From an uncultured Gammaproteobacteria bacterium (GTDB taxonomy: Bacteria > Patescibacteriota > Patescibacteriia > UBA9934): 64,000 nucleotides of DNA. Of this stretch, positions 10,061-20,800 are shown in pieces. Where the stretch lies: assembly GCA_964582615.1 (NCBI GenBank), contig CAZORP010000005.1, positions 11,994-75,993 on the forward strand, written 5' to 3'. The notes beneath the pieces are model-generated. The model was not told the origin of the DNA and ran no database searches. It worked only from the letters and a program-made list of their open reading frames with translations. The number at the start of each line of letters is the position of its first letter. Position 1 is the stretch's first letter. A program made the position numbers and the translations under genes.

Positions 10061-11572
10061 ATGACTTCTTCACCGCGGATACCCTTGCACATTTTCTGGT
10101 CAAGAAGGGACTTTCGACATACCGACAATCCCGCACTCTCACAAGCCACTCGATCAGCCAAAGAAGAATCAGGAGCATTTTTGCCGATCTTTATCCTTGA
10201 AGATTACATGACAAAAGGGGATCCTCATGAACAATTTGGCTACCCTCAACGTGCATGGCTAAGTAATGCACTTCCAGAATTTTCTCGCACATTCCCAGCA
10301 TTTCTCACGCTCCTTGGCAAAGGAGCTTCTTGTATGATTGACCTTTGCACGCAAGCTCGGTCACACGGTTACGAGCCTCATGTTCACGTTAATCATGATA
10401 TTTATCAGGATTTCTTTACACAATGTAAAAAAATTCGCGATGCAGGAATTTCACTTTCACTCTATCGTGACGCACTCACCATTCCCTCAATAACAAAAAC
10501 TGGCTCAGGATCAACCTATAGCGTCTTTACCCCTTTTAAAAAGGCTGTCTGGAATGATTTTCTTCTTGCGCCGTGCCTTGCCTCCCCATCGCTCCAAAAT
10601 CTCACGAAACCTTCAAAAGATTTCCTCAACGCGGTAGGTAGCGCCATCGATTCAACGCCAGAAAACCTTCGCAAGCTTTTTTCTCAAGAGCGGACGCTCA
10701 TCGTTCGTGGTGAAAGAGATCATATCATTGACCTCGAAAAATTATTACCGGAAAAACCCCTTATTGATGACGTCATCAACGAGCAACAAGCACAACATCG
10801 CTTTAAGAAATATCTTAACAACATCTCGACGTATCACCTCGATCGAGACAATCTTGAACGCGACGTTACTCATGCAAGTACCTCGCACATGTCAACCGCG
10901 CTAGCATGGGGACTCGTATCTACGCGCTGGATGAAACAAGAGATTCTTCACCATGAACATCTCAACGCAGAGCATGTATCACTTACACAAAAAACCCACC
11001 AAGGCGCAACAACGTATCTCTCGGAACTTATTTGGAGAGAATTTTATAAATACCTCTTCCTTCACCACAAGAACCTCATGCGGGAAGAATTTCAATCTCG
11101 CTACCGAGGAACACTTTCATGGACAGAGGACACTCAAGCACTTCGATATTTCAAAGCGTGGATTCAGGGATCTACGGGCTACCCCCTCGTCGATGCGGCA
11201 ATGCGACAACTCGCCAAAACAGGACGCATGCACAATCGCGCGCGTATGGTTGTCGCCTCGGTGCTTACAAAAAACTTCGGCGTAGACTGGCGATGGGGTC
11301 AGGAATATTTCCGTGCACAGCTTATTGACCTTGATGAAGCCTCAAATTGCGGTGGATGGCAGTGGGCGGCATCGGTTGGAGCTGATCCAAAACCCATTCG
11401 CATTTTTAATCCACAACTTCAAGCAAAAACTCATGATCCTCAAGGAACCTACGAGAAATACTGGCTGGGAGAAGTGTACATGCACAACCCTCCCCAGCCC
11501 ATCATCGACCACAAAACCGCACGAATGGAGGCGCTATCGCGTTATCACCACGCGTACACTAAAAGCGATTGA
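10061..11572 (+). CDS. phr: Deoxyribodipyrimidine photolyase / cryptochrome family (FAD-binding domain)
   Basis: C-terminal FAD-binding domain motifs WREFY, TGYPLVDAAMRQL..TGRMHNRARM, LIDLDEASNCGGWQW, IFNPQLQ. Confidence 0.85.
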   Translation: MTSSPRIPLHIFWSRRDFRHTDNPALSQATRSAKEESGAFLPIFILEDYMTKGDPHEQFGYPQRAWLSNALPEFSRTFPAFLTLLGKGASCMIDLCTQARSHGYEPHVHVNHDIYQDFFTQCKKIRDAGISLSLYRDALTIPSITKTGSGSTYSVFTPFKKAVWNDFLLAPCLASPSLQNLTKPSKDFLNAVGSAIDSTPENLRKLFSQERTLIVRGERDHIIDLEKLLPEKPLIDDVINEQQAQHRFKKYLNNISTYHLDRDNLERDVTHASTSHMSTALAWGLVSTRWMKQEILHHEHLNAEHVSLTQKTHQGATTYLSELIWREFYKYLFLHHKNLMREEFQSRYRGTLSWTEDTQALRYFKAWIQGSTGYPLVDAAMRQLAKTGRMHNRARMVVASVLTKNFGVDWRWGQEYFRAQLIDLDEASNCGGWQWAASVGADPKPIRIFNPQLQAKTHDPQGTYEKYWLGEVYMHNPPQPIIDHKTARMEALSRYHHAYTKSD

Positions 11573-12002
11573 GCTCTTGTTCCAACTGGCGACCTTCTTC
11601 AATCAACGAAGCAAGATTCGTGCGCGCATTTTCCATGAGTACAACATCCTGCGATGAAGCCTTTTGAAGCTCCCCCTGTAAGCGAAGAAGCTCCCCCTGC
11701 AACACGTTGCATGCATTTTGCAAAAGTCCCTCATGAATTCCGCGATACCCACGCAAATGCTGGAGTTCTTTTCCAGAAGACCAACCTTGACCGCCCATAA
11801 AAGACCCACTCGCCCGACGAAGCAAACGCTGAAGTCGAAGAATGTACTCACGCGCTGTTTCGACATTCCAAGATCCGTTATACACCAAATCTCCCCCATC
11901 TAAAGGATTCTGCGCTCGGAGTATGTCATTCATCTGGGAAAGTGCCGCGCGATCACGTTCTGGATCTCTGAAAAATTTTTTCATTTGCTCAAAAATTCTC
12001 AT
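11559..12002 (-). CDS. Hypothetical protein (147 aa)
   Basis: ATG-initiated ORF convergent with phr; no recognised domain. Confidence 0.4.
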   Translation of the reverse strand: MRIFEQMKKFFRDPERDRAALSQMNDILRAQNPLDGGDLVYNGSWNVETAREYILRLQRLLRRASGSFMGGQGWSSGKELQHLRGYRGIHEGLLQNACNVLQGELLRLQGELQKASSQDVVLMENARTNLASLIEEGRQLEQELNRF

Positions 12003-12052
12003 ATAATATCAGTGTATCATAGAAGAGGTCTCATATTCCTTAACACCACCCA

Positions 12053-12670
12053 ATGTCTCAAGAAAAAAATCAGCACCCTCACACCTGGGAGGATTTTCGT
12101 GATGCATTTTATAGAAAAGGCCTTAAAATTGAAGGGGATTTTTCCAACTATCCACGCTACACACTTGATGTTCTTCCCGAATTATCCGAAATGACTCAAG
12201 CCCTCATGCGCGAGTGGGAGGACGCTTTCCTCGCAGAGCTTTCATCCATAACAAACAACAAAGAAATCATCAACTTTCTTACAAGTAACAACCGACACCT
12301 TCCAAGTTTCACACTTATACCCCCACAACAGGGGTACAACTTTATCAACAAAGAACGATCGCTTCGTCAAAGACGCTACCCTCTCGAGAGAACTTCAGCC
12401 ATCCTCATCTTCAACCTACCAAAAGTTTTTCAACGCTATTGGTGGAAAAGCAAGGAGGCAACTCGAGAAATGACCATCGCGTGGGGCTATCTTTACAATG
12501 TCATGATGAGAGTTTTTTGGAAGTACGGTGACGTTCTTGAAAATGGCAAGGGCCTTCCCCTATACCTCTCTCGGATCTCAGAAAAAAAGCGTCATGTAAA
12601 AAATGTCTATCATTACGTCTGGGAAGTCATCCCGGACCCCGTAAAGCCTTGGGATAACCTCAAGATATAA
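12053..12670 (+). CDS. Hypothetical protein (205 aa)
   Basis: ATG start and clean intergenic spacing; no recognised domain. Confidence 0.5.
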   Translation: MSQEKNQHPHTWEDFRDAFYRKGLKIEGDFSNYPRYTLDVLPELSEMTQALMREWEDAFLAELSSITNNKEIINFLTSNNRHLPSFTLIPPQQGYNFINKERSLRQRRYPLERTSAILIFNLPKVFQRYWWKSKEATREMTIAWGYLYNVMMRVFWKYGDVLENGKGLPLYLSRISEKKRHVKNVYHYVWEVIPDPVKPWDNLKI

Positions 12671-12715
12671 AGATTCTTCCTGCTATGCTATGGGGTGAAG
12701 ATTTTTTTCTTTACT

Positions 12716-14488
12716 ATGCATAGCTTTTTTAAAAAAATTGCGGCAGGAAGCGCGGTCTTTGCACTCGCAGGAGGGCCAAGTCTCGCACACGCCGCAAGTC
12801 TTATTACTGACGGAAACGATCCTCTTTTTGATTATTCCTTTACCGAGGAAAATACTTCATGGAGAATTACCACGACCTCAGATAGCGCAACGGTTGAGGA
12901 GATCGAAAGCGACTTCGTGGGAGAATCAGATCAACACCTCACCGACGACTCTGGTTGGTCGAGTATTTTCAGCGGAGATGATGACGACAGAAGTCTTGCT
13001 GTGGATCTTGGGTACTCGCTTTCATTTGGAGGAGAGGCATATGACACCGCATTTATCTCATCCAATACTTACATCAGCTTCCATGAAGGTTCAGAACTCT
13101 ACTGGGACCTCAGAGAAGACCGTCCCGCGCTTCCCAGCATCCACCTCTGTTCAGGAGATCACTCTTATCAAGAAGTTTACCAAGAAAATGGAGAAGGCTT
13201 TACCCGTATACGTTACGAAGGAACTGACGACACGGATGCTGGAGAAGATTCTCCTAATATCATTTACGAGGTAGTTTTCTACGCCGGAGAAAACTATATT
13301 GACGTCCACATGGGAACAAACGCGGCGTGTGATGGCGAAGACGGGAGCACTCTTCCCTATTTTCATGGCTATGCCGCCGTTGGCCAAACTCTTCATGGAA
13401 ACGAAGGAAACTTTCCAGCATCAGGAGCGCCCTACGAATACCAGTATCAGTGGCAGAGAGGGTTTGAGGGAGAATTCGAAGACATCGAAGATGCAACCCA
13501 ACTTCACTACACCATCACTGAAGAAGACATTGGAGCATCTTTGCGCCTTACCGTCACCGGAATAACTCTCGATGATGAGGAAATAATGCATATAAGTGAC
13601 CCTTCGGACGATGTCCAAGAAATCAACATCATCTCCTCGTGCGCTGAATTATTCGCCATTGATGAAACCCATGACTCAGGAGATGCCTTTGCACTTACAG
13701 GAAACATCGACTGCGACGGCGTAGAAACTCATCCACTCTGGTACTCTGGGGAATCGGGAGAAAACTTCACCGGATTATTTGATGGAAAAAATTACACCAT
13801 TGAGAACCTCTCACTATCATCATTGGGCCAAGGTGGTTTGTTTTATCAAATCGCCGACGATGCAGTAATCACCAATATAAACTTTACTGACTCTACTATC
13901 TCAGGAGAAGGCGATTACCTTGGAACTCTTTCTGGCTACATGACCGGAGGAACGATTACCAATATTACCATTGATGGGTCCGTTGATAACACCGGAGGCT
14001 ACACCGGAGGACTCATTGGAAATATTACCACTGGGGAAAGTTCCTATCCGGTTATTATTTCCAATGTTTATTTTACAGGAAGTGTACACGGTGACGGATC
14101 TTACACGGGAGGAATTGCAGGGTCTCTCTACAGTGGAGATGCTATGGAACTCGTCGACATCTCTCATCTTACTGTTGACGCTGATATTTCAGGTTCTTCT
14201 GACTACGTAGGAGGTATTGCAGGCCAAGCCAGCACCGACGATGGTCAGATTGATATCTCAACCTCAAGCGTACAAGGTAGCGTTGTTGGAGATTATGACT
14301 ACGTTGGTGGAATTGTAGGATTTGCAAGTGCATGGTCTGGTATTACAGGAACCATTGTTCGCATTGAGATGAATGATGTATATACCAGCGCAAACATCAG
14401 TGGAGTAGCAACGGTTGGTGGAATTGTTGGATCTGCCATTATAGGCCTGTCAGAAGGCAGTGACACTGAGATTAATATCCGCATATAG
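12716..14488 (+). CDS. Giant secreted surface protein A, 5' part: signal peptide plus GLUG-motif-like repeats. Interrupted by a frameshift near 14480.
   Basis: Signal peptide MHSFFKKIAAGSAVFALAGGPSLAHA. Repeated xYxGG(I/L)(A/V)G modules (YTGGLIGN, YTGGIAGS, YVGGIAGQ, YVGGIVGF, TVGGIVGS). Confidence 0.7.
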   Translation: MHSFFKKIAAGSAVFALAGGPSLAHAASLITDGNDPLFDYSFTEENTSWRITTTSDSATVEEIESDFVGESDQHLTDDSGWSSIFSGDDDDRSLAVDLGYSLSFGGEAYDTAFISSNTYISFHEGSELYWDLREDRPALPSIHLCSGDHSYQEVYQENGEGFTRIRYEGTDDTDAGEDSPNIIYEVVFYAGENYIDVHMGTNAACDGEDGSTLPYFHGYAAVGQTLHGNEGNFPASGAPYEYQYQWQRGFEGEFEDIEDATQLHYTITEEDIGASLRLTVTGITLDDEEIMHISDPSDDVQEINIISSCAELFAIDETHDSGDAFALTGNIDCDGVETHPLWYSGESGENFTGLFDGKNYTIENLSLSSLGQGGLFYQIADDAVITNINFTDSTISGEGDYLGTLSGYMTGGTITNITIDGSVDNTGGYTGGLIGNITTGESSYPVIISNVYFTGSVHGDGSYTGGIAGSLYSGDAMELVDISHLTVDADISGSSDYVGGIAGQASTDDGQIDISTSSVQGSVVGDYDYVGGIVGFASAWSGITGTIVRIEMNDVYTSANISGVATVGGIVGSAIIGLSEGSDTEINIRI

Positions 14489-15863
14489 CTCAGGACTTCT
14501 TACCACTACAGAAGGAGGGGCTGGAGGCATCATTGGATACGCTTCTTCACCACTTGAAAATACAAGAATAACCATTGATGACAGCTTCTCTCGAGCATCG
14601 TACGGAACTTCAGGATGGCCAAGTATTAACGCTTATTCCACAGAATTCCCTCCACAGGTTAGTAACTTCTCCTTCGATGCAACCGCGGCAGATACGCTTA
14701 TTTGTGACCAAGAAGAAGCTTTTTCCTGCACTGTTGTTAATGAATCGGCAGATGAAGATGATTTCTTCTTTATAACAACACATAGCCCAATGGACTCTTG
14801 GGATTTTGATGATGTGTGGCAAGAAGAAACCGATGCCCTTCCAACGCTCAGAGTTGTGTATACCTATACCGAGCCCCTCGTCACAACGACTCCCGCACAT
14901 GGACGAGCATCTCATCGCGCCACGCTTTCAGGAGAAATTCTTGATAACGGCGGAGCCGCAGTTACCGAAGTTGGCGTTATTTACGGAACAACACGAGAGT
15001 ACGGTAACACCGTATCAGACGAGGGATTCTTTGAAGCCGGCAGTTTCGATGTTACCGTAAGCGGACTTCACTGCGGAAGAACCTACTATTACCGCGCTTT
15101 TGCAATAAACCAAATGGGCACCACGCTCGGAAGAAGTGAAACCTTCAGAACCTCAAGTTGCGACGATGACACCCCATCATCGGGAGGAGGATCGTCATCA
15201 TTGCCGTCTATACCAGACGCTTCCAATGAAGACTCCTCAGAAGAGGCTACACCAGAAGACACATCATCAGGCGAAGAATCGTCAACCGAGGAGGAGGAAG
15301 ATGAGGAGCAATCCCCCATCCACCGCGATGACGCAACATCTTCCTACGACACCTCTCGTCAACGATTTGTTGCAGAAGATTCTGGAGAAGTAGATAGCTC
15401 AGGTCGAGCATTGTCACGTGTTGCTTCAGGATGGTTTGTTCGCAGTGAACAGTTCTCAACGGTGTACTACATTGATAGCTCTTATGTACGTCATCCACTT
15501 TGGGATACACAAACGTTCTTTACATGGGCAGATTCATGGGATGACATTACCTGGGTTACCGATGCTACCCTTGCAACCATGCCCCTTGGAAAGCCAGTGC
15601 TTCCTAAGTCTGGAGTGGTGCTTGTGAAACTTGAGAGTGATCCTTCGGTATATGCGGTAGATGAAGATACTTCAGGAAACAGTATCCTTCGCCGCGTTCC
15701 TTCCGAAGAAGATGCTCGTGCACTCTTTGGATCTTCTTGGCAGTCGTACGTCATTGATATTCCTCCTACGATCTTCCCTCACTTTGGTAAGGGATCTCCC
15801 CTGACCAAGGATGAGGCATGGGATGCGGGAGGGATGAAGGAACGAGCATTGTTAAGCCTTTAA
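14460..15863 (+). CDS. Giant surface protein A, 3' part (GTG-opened frame): more GLUG-like repeats, an Fn3-like domain, an acidic S/E-rich linker and the C-terminal domain shared with protein B
   Basis: Continues the repeats (GGAGGIIGYASS) in a different frame. Fn3-like GRTYYYRAFAINQMG. The last ~176 codons are identical to the end of the 21112-24552 ORF. Confidence 0.7.
   Translation: MTLRLISAYSSGLLTTTEGGAGGIIGYASSPLENTRITIDDSFSRASYGTSGWPSINAYSTEFPPQVSNFSFDATAADTLICDQEEAFSCTVVNESADEDDFFFITTHSPMDSWDFDDVWQEETDALPTLRVVYTYTEPLVTTTPAHGRASHRATLSGEILDNGGAAVTEVGVIYGTTREYGNTVSDEGFFEAGSFDVTVSGLHCGRTYYYRAFAINQMGTTLGRSETFRTSSCDDDTPSSGGGSSSLPSIPDASNEDSSEEATPEDTSSGEESSTEEEEDEEQSPIHRDDATSSYDTSRQRFVAEDSGEVDSSGRALSRVASGWFVRSEQFSTVYYIDSSYVRHPLWDTQTFFTWADSWDDITWVTDATLATMPLGKPVLPKSGVVLVKLESDPSVYAVDEDTSGNSILRRVPSEEDARALFGSSWQSYVIDIPPTIFPHFGKGSPLTKDEAWDAGGMKERALLSL
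15309..15836 (+). repeat. 528-bp perfect direct repeat, copy 1 (3' module of giant gene A)
   Basis: Identical line by line to 23989-24516 (offset 8680 bp); identity breaks at both flanks. Confidence 0.95.
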
Positions 15864-15891
15864 AAAAACACGCCTTCGGGCGTGTTTTTTT
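15862..15891. terminator. Bidirectional intrinsic terminator
   Basis: aaaaaaaCACGCCttcgGGCGTGttttttt lies between convergent genes. Confidence 0.8.
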
Positions 15892-15905
15892 ATATCTCGA
15901 GTTTT

Positions 15906-17762
15906 TTAGTACTCAGTAACGATATTGAGTTGGGGAATGTGCACCATTCCAGCAAGGATAAGATTTTGCATATCTTTTTCCTCGGGAGTCTTCGGGCTTG
16001 GCATCTCTCCCCCAAGATACATCTTTAACCACATTTTCTGTCCAAAGTCATACCCCTCAGCTCGACGTAAAGCCTTTCTTGCAAGATCATCTTCACCAAA
16101 AATTTCGCTTCGTGAGGTTCCGCGTAACTCCTCATCTTTTCGCAACGATGCAAAAGAGAGCATGTCTTCGTAAAGTTCAAGAAATGTTGCGAGATCTTTG
16201 GCATACTCCGCATGCGCGACACGTCGTCCAGAAAATATCTCAGAAGCATCGCCTTTCTCACGAAGAAGAATTTCCTTCAACCTGCCCGGAAGGCCACTCC
16301 ATAGGCGATCGCGCGCAACATAACTCATTATCTCGGATGATGTAAAACTTTCGCGATCAGACGGTGAGAGTTCAGCGATGCTCAAGCGGATTTCTTGTAC
16401 TGCGAATCGCAAACAGTCTCGACGTAATATGATACCAGGAAGACGATCGCCGAGAGAGTCTTTTCTTAGATTTTCCCTTGCTTTATATAAAGATTCCCGC
16501 ATCTTTATAAGTTCTTGACGACGGGGCTCAAGTTCTTTTCGAGCGCGCGCAACCTCCTGCAATTGATCGCGAAGATTTTCACTCTTTTTTTGCACGCCCT
16601 CTCTTCTCCACTTCCACGCATCATACGCATAGGCATCCTGAAGATGCTTTGGAAGTTCACCCTTCGCACCAGCAATTGCATCAGCAATAACATCAGGACG
16701 CTCAAGTTCGCTGCGAAGATTCTCCACATACGCTCTTGCTTGAGCAAGCTTCTGACCAAGTTGGCGCTTCTTCACTATTCTCCAAGAAGAACACTCCGCC
16801 TCTTCTTTTTCAAGCTCACGAAGACGAACCTCGCGCTCTGCGGCTCGCAATTTACTCTCAATTCGTTCAGATCGCTCTTGACGATTCTTGTACGAAAGCG
16901 CATCTCGCTCGTCTTCTTTAACAATACGAAGAGCTTCTTTTTGCATGCGAAGCTCATGGCTATCAAGCTGTTTCTTCGCTTTAAGACGTTCAAAAATATT
17001 CCAGAGCGGAATCTTTTCATACGCCGCCGTTAACATCTGCTGACGTTCACGAAACGACGCCCAAGAATGCGGGAGATTCTCGGACTTATCGTGAAGAGAC
17101 TCCCCGCGAAGAGCGGGTCTTTGAGGAACTCCAAGTACAACTCTTGTGATTTCTTTTTGAGGAACCCTCTCAACTTCAAGAGGAGTAATAAACCTATCAG
17201 GCAACTCTTCAAGAATACCTTCCGACGTATCAAGAGGGGCAAGGAATTCATCAGGCAACTCTTCCGGAATATTCAGTGAAAGAGTTTTAACGTGCATTAA
17301 CATTGCATCAAGAAGGTGCTCCTCAAGAAGCATTCCCTGCCTATCCCTCGCTCGACCATCAGCATCAGCTTCGCTTATCTGCTTATGGAGTTCTTGTCGG
17401 CGGCGTATAAGTACCGCTTGATACTTCTGCACGGAGGGAAACGCACCTACCTCACGATCAACGCGCTCCCTCGCAAGAAGAGCGGCGAGTTCTCGAGCTT
17501 CTCCAAGCACCTGAGCTCGACTGCCATCATATGGCCCAGTATTAACATACCTCTGCTTAAGAGAGCTCCAGTAACTCTCATGATCTATCCCAGATTCGAG
17601 ACGCAACTGTGCAAGTCTTCTTCCTGCATCCTGGAGAGCATCCGCCTTATTCCTTGGATCTTTATGAGGAACAACTCCTTGGGAAGACCCTACTTCTAAT
17701 CTTGGCGAGCGACGCTCTGGGGGTCTACGCTCTGGGGATCCAGATGCAGAAAATCTTTCCAT
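15906..17762 (-). CDS. Hypothetical highly charged coiled-coil protein (618 aa)
   Basis: Long ATG ORF rich in E/R/K/L heptad-like segments. Transcribed divergently from giant gene B. Confidence 0.6.
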   Translation of the reverse strand: MERFSASGSPERRPPERRSPRLEVGSSQGVVPHKDPRNKADALQDAGRRLAQLRLESGIDHESYWSSLKQRYVNTGPYDGSRAQVLGEARELAALLARERVDREVGAFPSVQKYQAVLIRRRQELHKQISEADADGRARDRQGMLLEEHLLDAMLMHVKTLSLNIPEELPDEFLAPLDTSEGILEELPDRFITPLEVERVPQKEITRVVLGVPQRPALRGESLHDKSENLPHSWASFRERQQMLTAAYEKIPLWNIFERLKAKKQLDSHELRMQKEALRIVKEDERDALSYKNRQERSERIESKLRAAEREVRLRELEKEEAECSSWRIVKKRQLGQKLAQARAYVENLRSELERPDVIADAIAGAKGELPKHLQDAYAYDAWKWRREGVQKKSENLRDQLQEVARARKELEPRRQELIKMRESLYKARENLRKDSLGDRLPGIILRRDCLRFAVQEIRLSIAELSPSDRESFTSSEIMSYVARDRLWSGLPGRLKEILLREKGDASEIFSGRRVAHAEYAKDLATFLELYEDMLSFASLRKDEELRGTSRSEIFGEDDLARKALRRAEGYDFGQKMWLKMYLGGEMPSPKTPEEKDMQNLILAGMVHIPQLNIVTEY

Positions 17763-17884
17763 ATCACTAAGTATACTTGAGTGCTTGTTTCACAGAAAAA
17801 ATTATACACATATTTTTTTTCAAAAAATGCTTTTTTAAAAAAGAAAACCAACTTAATTCGTGCTATTATAGAAAAAATTTTGCT

Positions 17885-20800
17885 ATGCATTTTTTCAAAA
17901 AATTTCTCTCACTTTTTAGCCTTATAACCCTTGGTATTTTAGCGGTACTTCACCCGACTATAACTCACGCCGATCCCGATACTACTCCCCCATCATTTGT
18001 ATCCGCCTATATTACCGGCGACCATAGCGTCACCATTACCTATTCAGAAACGCTTTGGTGGAATTTTTCTGATGCATATGCGAACTTTACCGGAGATTTT
18101 GCAGGAAAAAACATCATCGCACAGAGTGAAAATTCCTCAAGCAATCATATTGTCCTTATTTTTGACGGTCCTGTTTTTGAAAGCAACTTCTCGGGAACAC
18201 TCGATATTCTCGCGGGAGAAGTTCAGGACTTTTCAGGAAATGCCTTTGGTGGGCTTTCCGGTGTACTCATTACCCGCCAACCACAAGCAACACAAGTAAT
18301 CTGGAATGATGTCGACGCTTCAAGAGATTTTTCCGGAACCGATACCCTCACGGTGCAGTTCAGTACTGTCATGAACGAATCTTCAATTACCACAGAAAAC
18401 ATTGATAGCCGCCTCGGTCTTTCCGCGGGAACATTTGGAACTTCCGCCGCGGGACTTAGCCTCTCATGGGACCTCATGGGAGATCCCTCCTTCTCAACAC
18501 TCACCATTACTCTTGGCAGTGATACAACCATCGTTCACGGAGCAACCATCAATCCAAGCTCAAGCGTTACCAATAGCTCAGGAGCTCCGGACGCAACACC
18601 ATCAAACCTTATCCTCAGTACCGATTATTACTTTGCAGAATTTTGGAATCTTCCCGCGGAGTCCGATGAATCTCCAGCTTTTCCCACGGGAGAGCCGGAT
18701 TATCAATCAAATAGTGAGGAAATTAATTTCATGTGGAGTGAGGAATCTCCAAATCCCGCCATTAACACCGACGATTTTGCGGCTCGTTTTACAAGAACCA
18801 CAACACTTACCAACAATCATTACACCTTTTCCTTCAGCGAACTTGATGACGGAGTCAAACTTTATATTGATGATGAACTCATCTTTTCTTCATGGGTCGA
18901 TCAGGGATCCGCAAGTTATAACGTAGAAGCTCGAATAACACCAGGAGAACACACCATCGTTCTGGAATATTATGAAAACGGTGGAGGTGCAGGTATTATC
19001 TTTAGCATGTCAGGTGACACGCTCGCGGACACTGTGTATGTTGATTCCACATATGCAAGCGAACTTGCCAACGATGGTCACACCTGGGGTTACGACGCAT
19101 TTTCAAATATTTTTAGCGCCATTAGCGCGACTGCGGGAAATGGAACCGTACACATCGGTGATGCAGAGTGGGCAACTTCTGACAGCATCAATCTCACCTT
19201 CCCTATTACCATAGATGGCGAAGGTGCAGGCATAACTCGAATAAAAAACGTTTCCTGTACAACGGTATTTAACATTCAATCAAGCAACGTTACCATTCAA
19301 GATCTTACCGCAGGAAGTTACGACGGTTTTGGATCGGATCTCTGCACAAGTAGTGACGTTATTTACGCGGTTGGAACGTCCACGACACCAATTAGTTCAA
19401 TTTCACTTTCCCATGTAGACCTCCACGGTGGAGATGGAGGAGTTTATTTTGGCGAATATATTTCAGACGCTACCGTTACCGGAAGTACAGTATCGGAAGC
19501 ATATACAGGAATTTACCTTGCCAGCTCAACTGATGTTACAATCTCGGGATCGACACTTGAAAACAATACCGCGGAAGCAATCTTCTTTACCCTTGGATCC
19601 TGCGAGGAATGCAGTCTCATGCCACCGTCAATGATCACTATTGACGACAACCTCATTCAAGGAAATCTTGGCGCGGGAATTACCCTAGAAACCGGCGACA
19701 CCATTACCATTTCTTCAAATACCATCTCCGATAACGGATGGGATTGGTGGGATATCTCAGGCGGTATCGTTGTACGAGGAGAGTGGGGGGAAACGCGCAG
19801 TCTTACTATTTCAGGAAATACCCTCTCTCAAAATTCAGCTCACGGTATCTACATTCATCAACCAACTGACCTTGAAGCAGATGCTCCAACACTAAGCGAC
19901 AACATCATCGTTCGAACAGGCATGAATGATGCCGACGAAACATATCCTGCAACGGCAGGTGTAACAATTCTTGCTTCAAGCGTTACCTGTGAGGGAAATT
20001 CTATTGGAGAAAATTCAGGATCGGGTATCGTCCTTGGAAGTATCGATGTTTACCCAGAAAATGTTACGATCAGTACCAATATCCTTGGATCTTTTACGCT
20101 TCCCGATACAACTTCCTACGGAGGAAATACCGCGAATGGTCTCACCGTCGTCCACTTCGCCGGCACCGCAAATAGCATTCACCAAAACATTATTAGAGAT
20201 AATGCATTACTCGCCGCAGAAAATAGCAATGGCTCTGAGATTGACTTAACACTCAACTACTGGGGACATTTTACGGGACCATTTCATTCTTCGGAGCACA
20301 TGACTGGTCGAGGCGATACCATTGGTAACGATATTCTTTTTACACCCTACAATGAAGGACCGGAAACCCTCACGCTTAACGATCCTCTTGTAAGTTTCTT
20401 TAGCGCCCCTGAAGATGCCTCAGAAATCACCGACGCTACGCTTGGCGTAGTACTTGAAACCAGCGCATCTCGAGATCAGCACGCAGCTTTCGTTTCTCGC
20501 AACGATGACCTTTTAGCCTTCTGGAGATTTGAGAACATGGGACCAAATGAGGGATCTTTAAGCATCCCTATGAACGTTGGCGGAGCAGACCCCTATCTTT
20601 ATCAAGGACATTACGGAAGCTCAGCAAAATTCGATGGTGTGAGTGCACTTTTCGCAAATGAAAGCATCCTTTCATCACGTCCAGAGTTTACCCTTGCAGG
20701 ATGGGTTTACATCGACGAAGACGTGCTCTCAGGTCAACGACGCGGATTCTTCGGTGAGAATAATGCCTTTGAAGTTGGTTTTGACACCGATCACCTCACC

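Noticed and set aside
12738-13274. 178-aa alternative-frame ORF within giant gene A (and similar ones at 13299-13565 and 17997-18926)
   Set aside because: They lie inside long ORFs that carry recognisable repeat and domain signatures; likely frame artefacts.
16515-17033. 172-aa plus-strand ORF inside the 618-aa minus-strand gene
   Set aside because: Antisense to a long, continuous, codon-consistent ORF; low-complexity L/K/F composition is typical of shadow ORFs.
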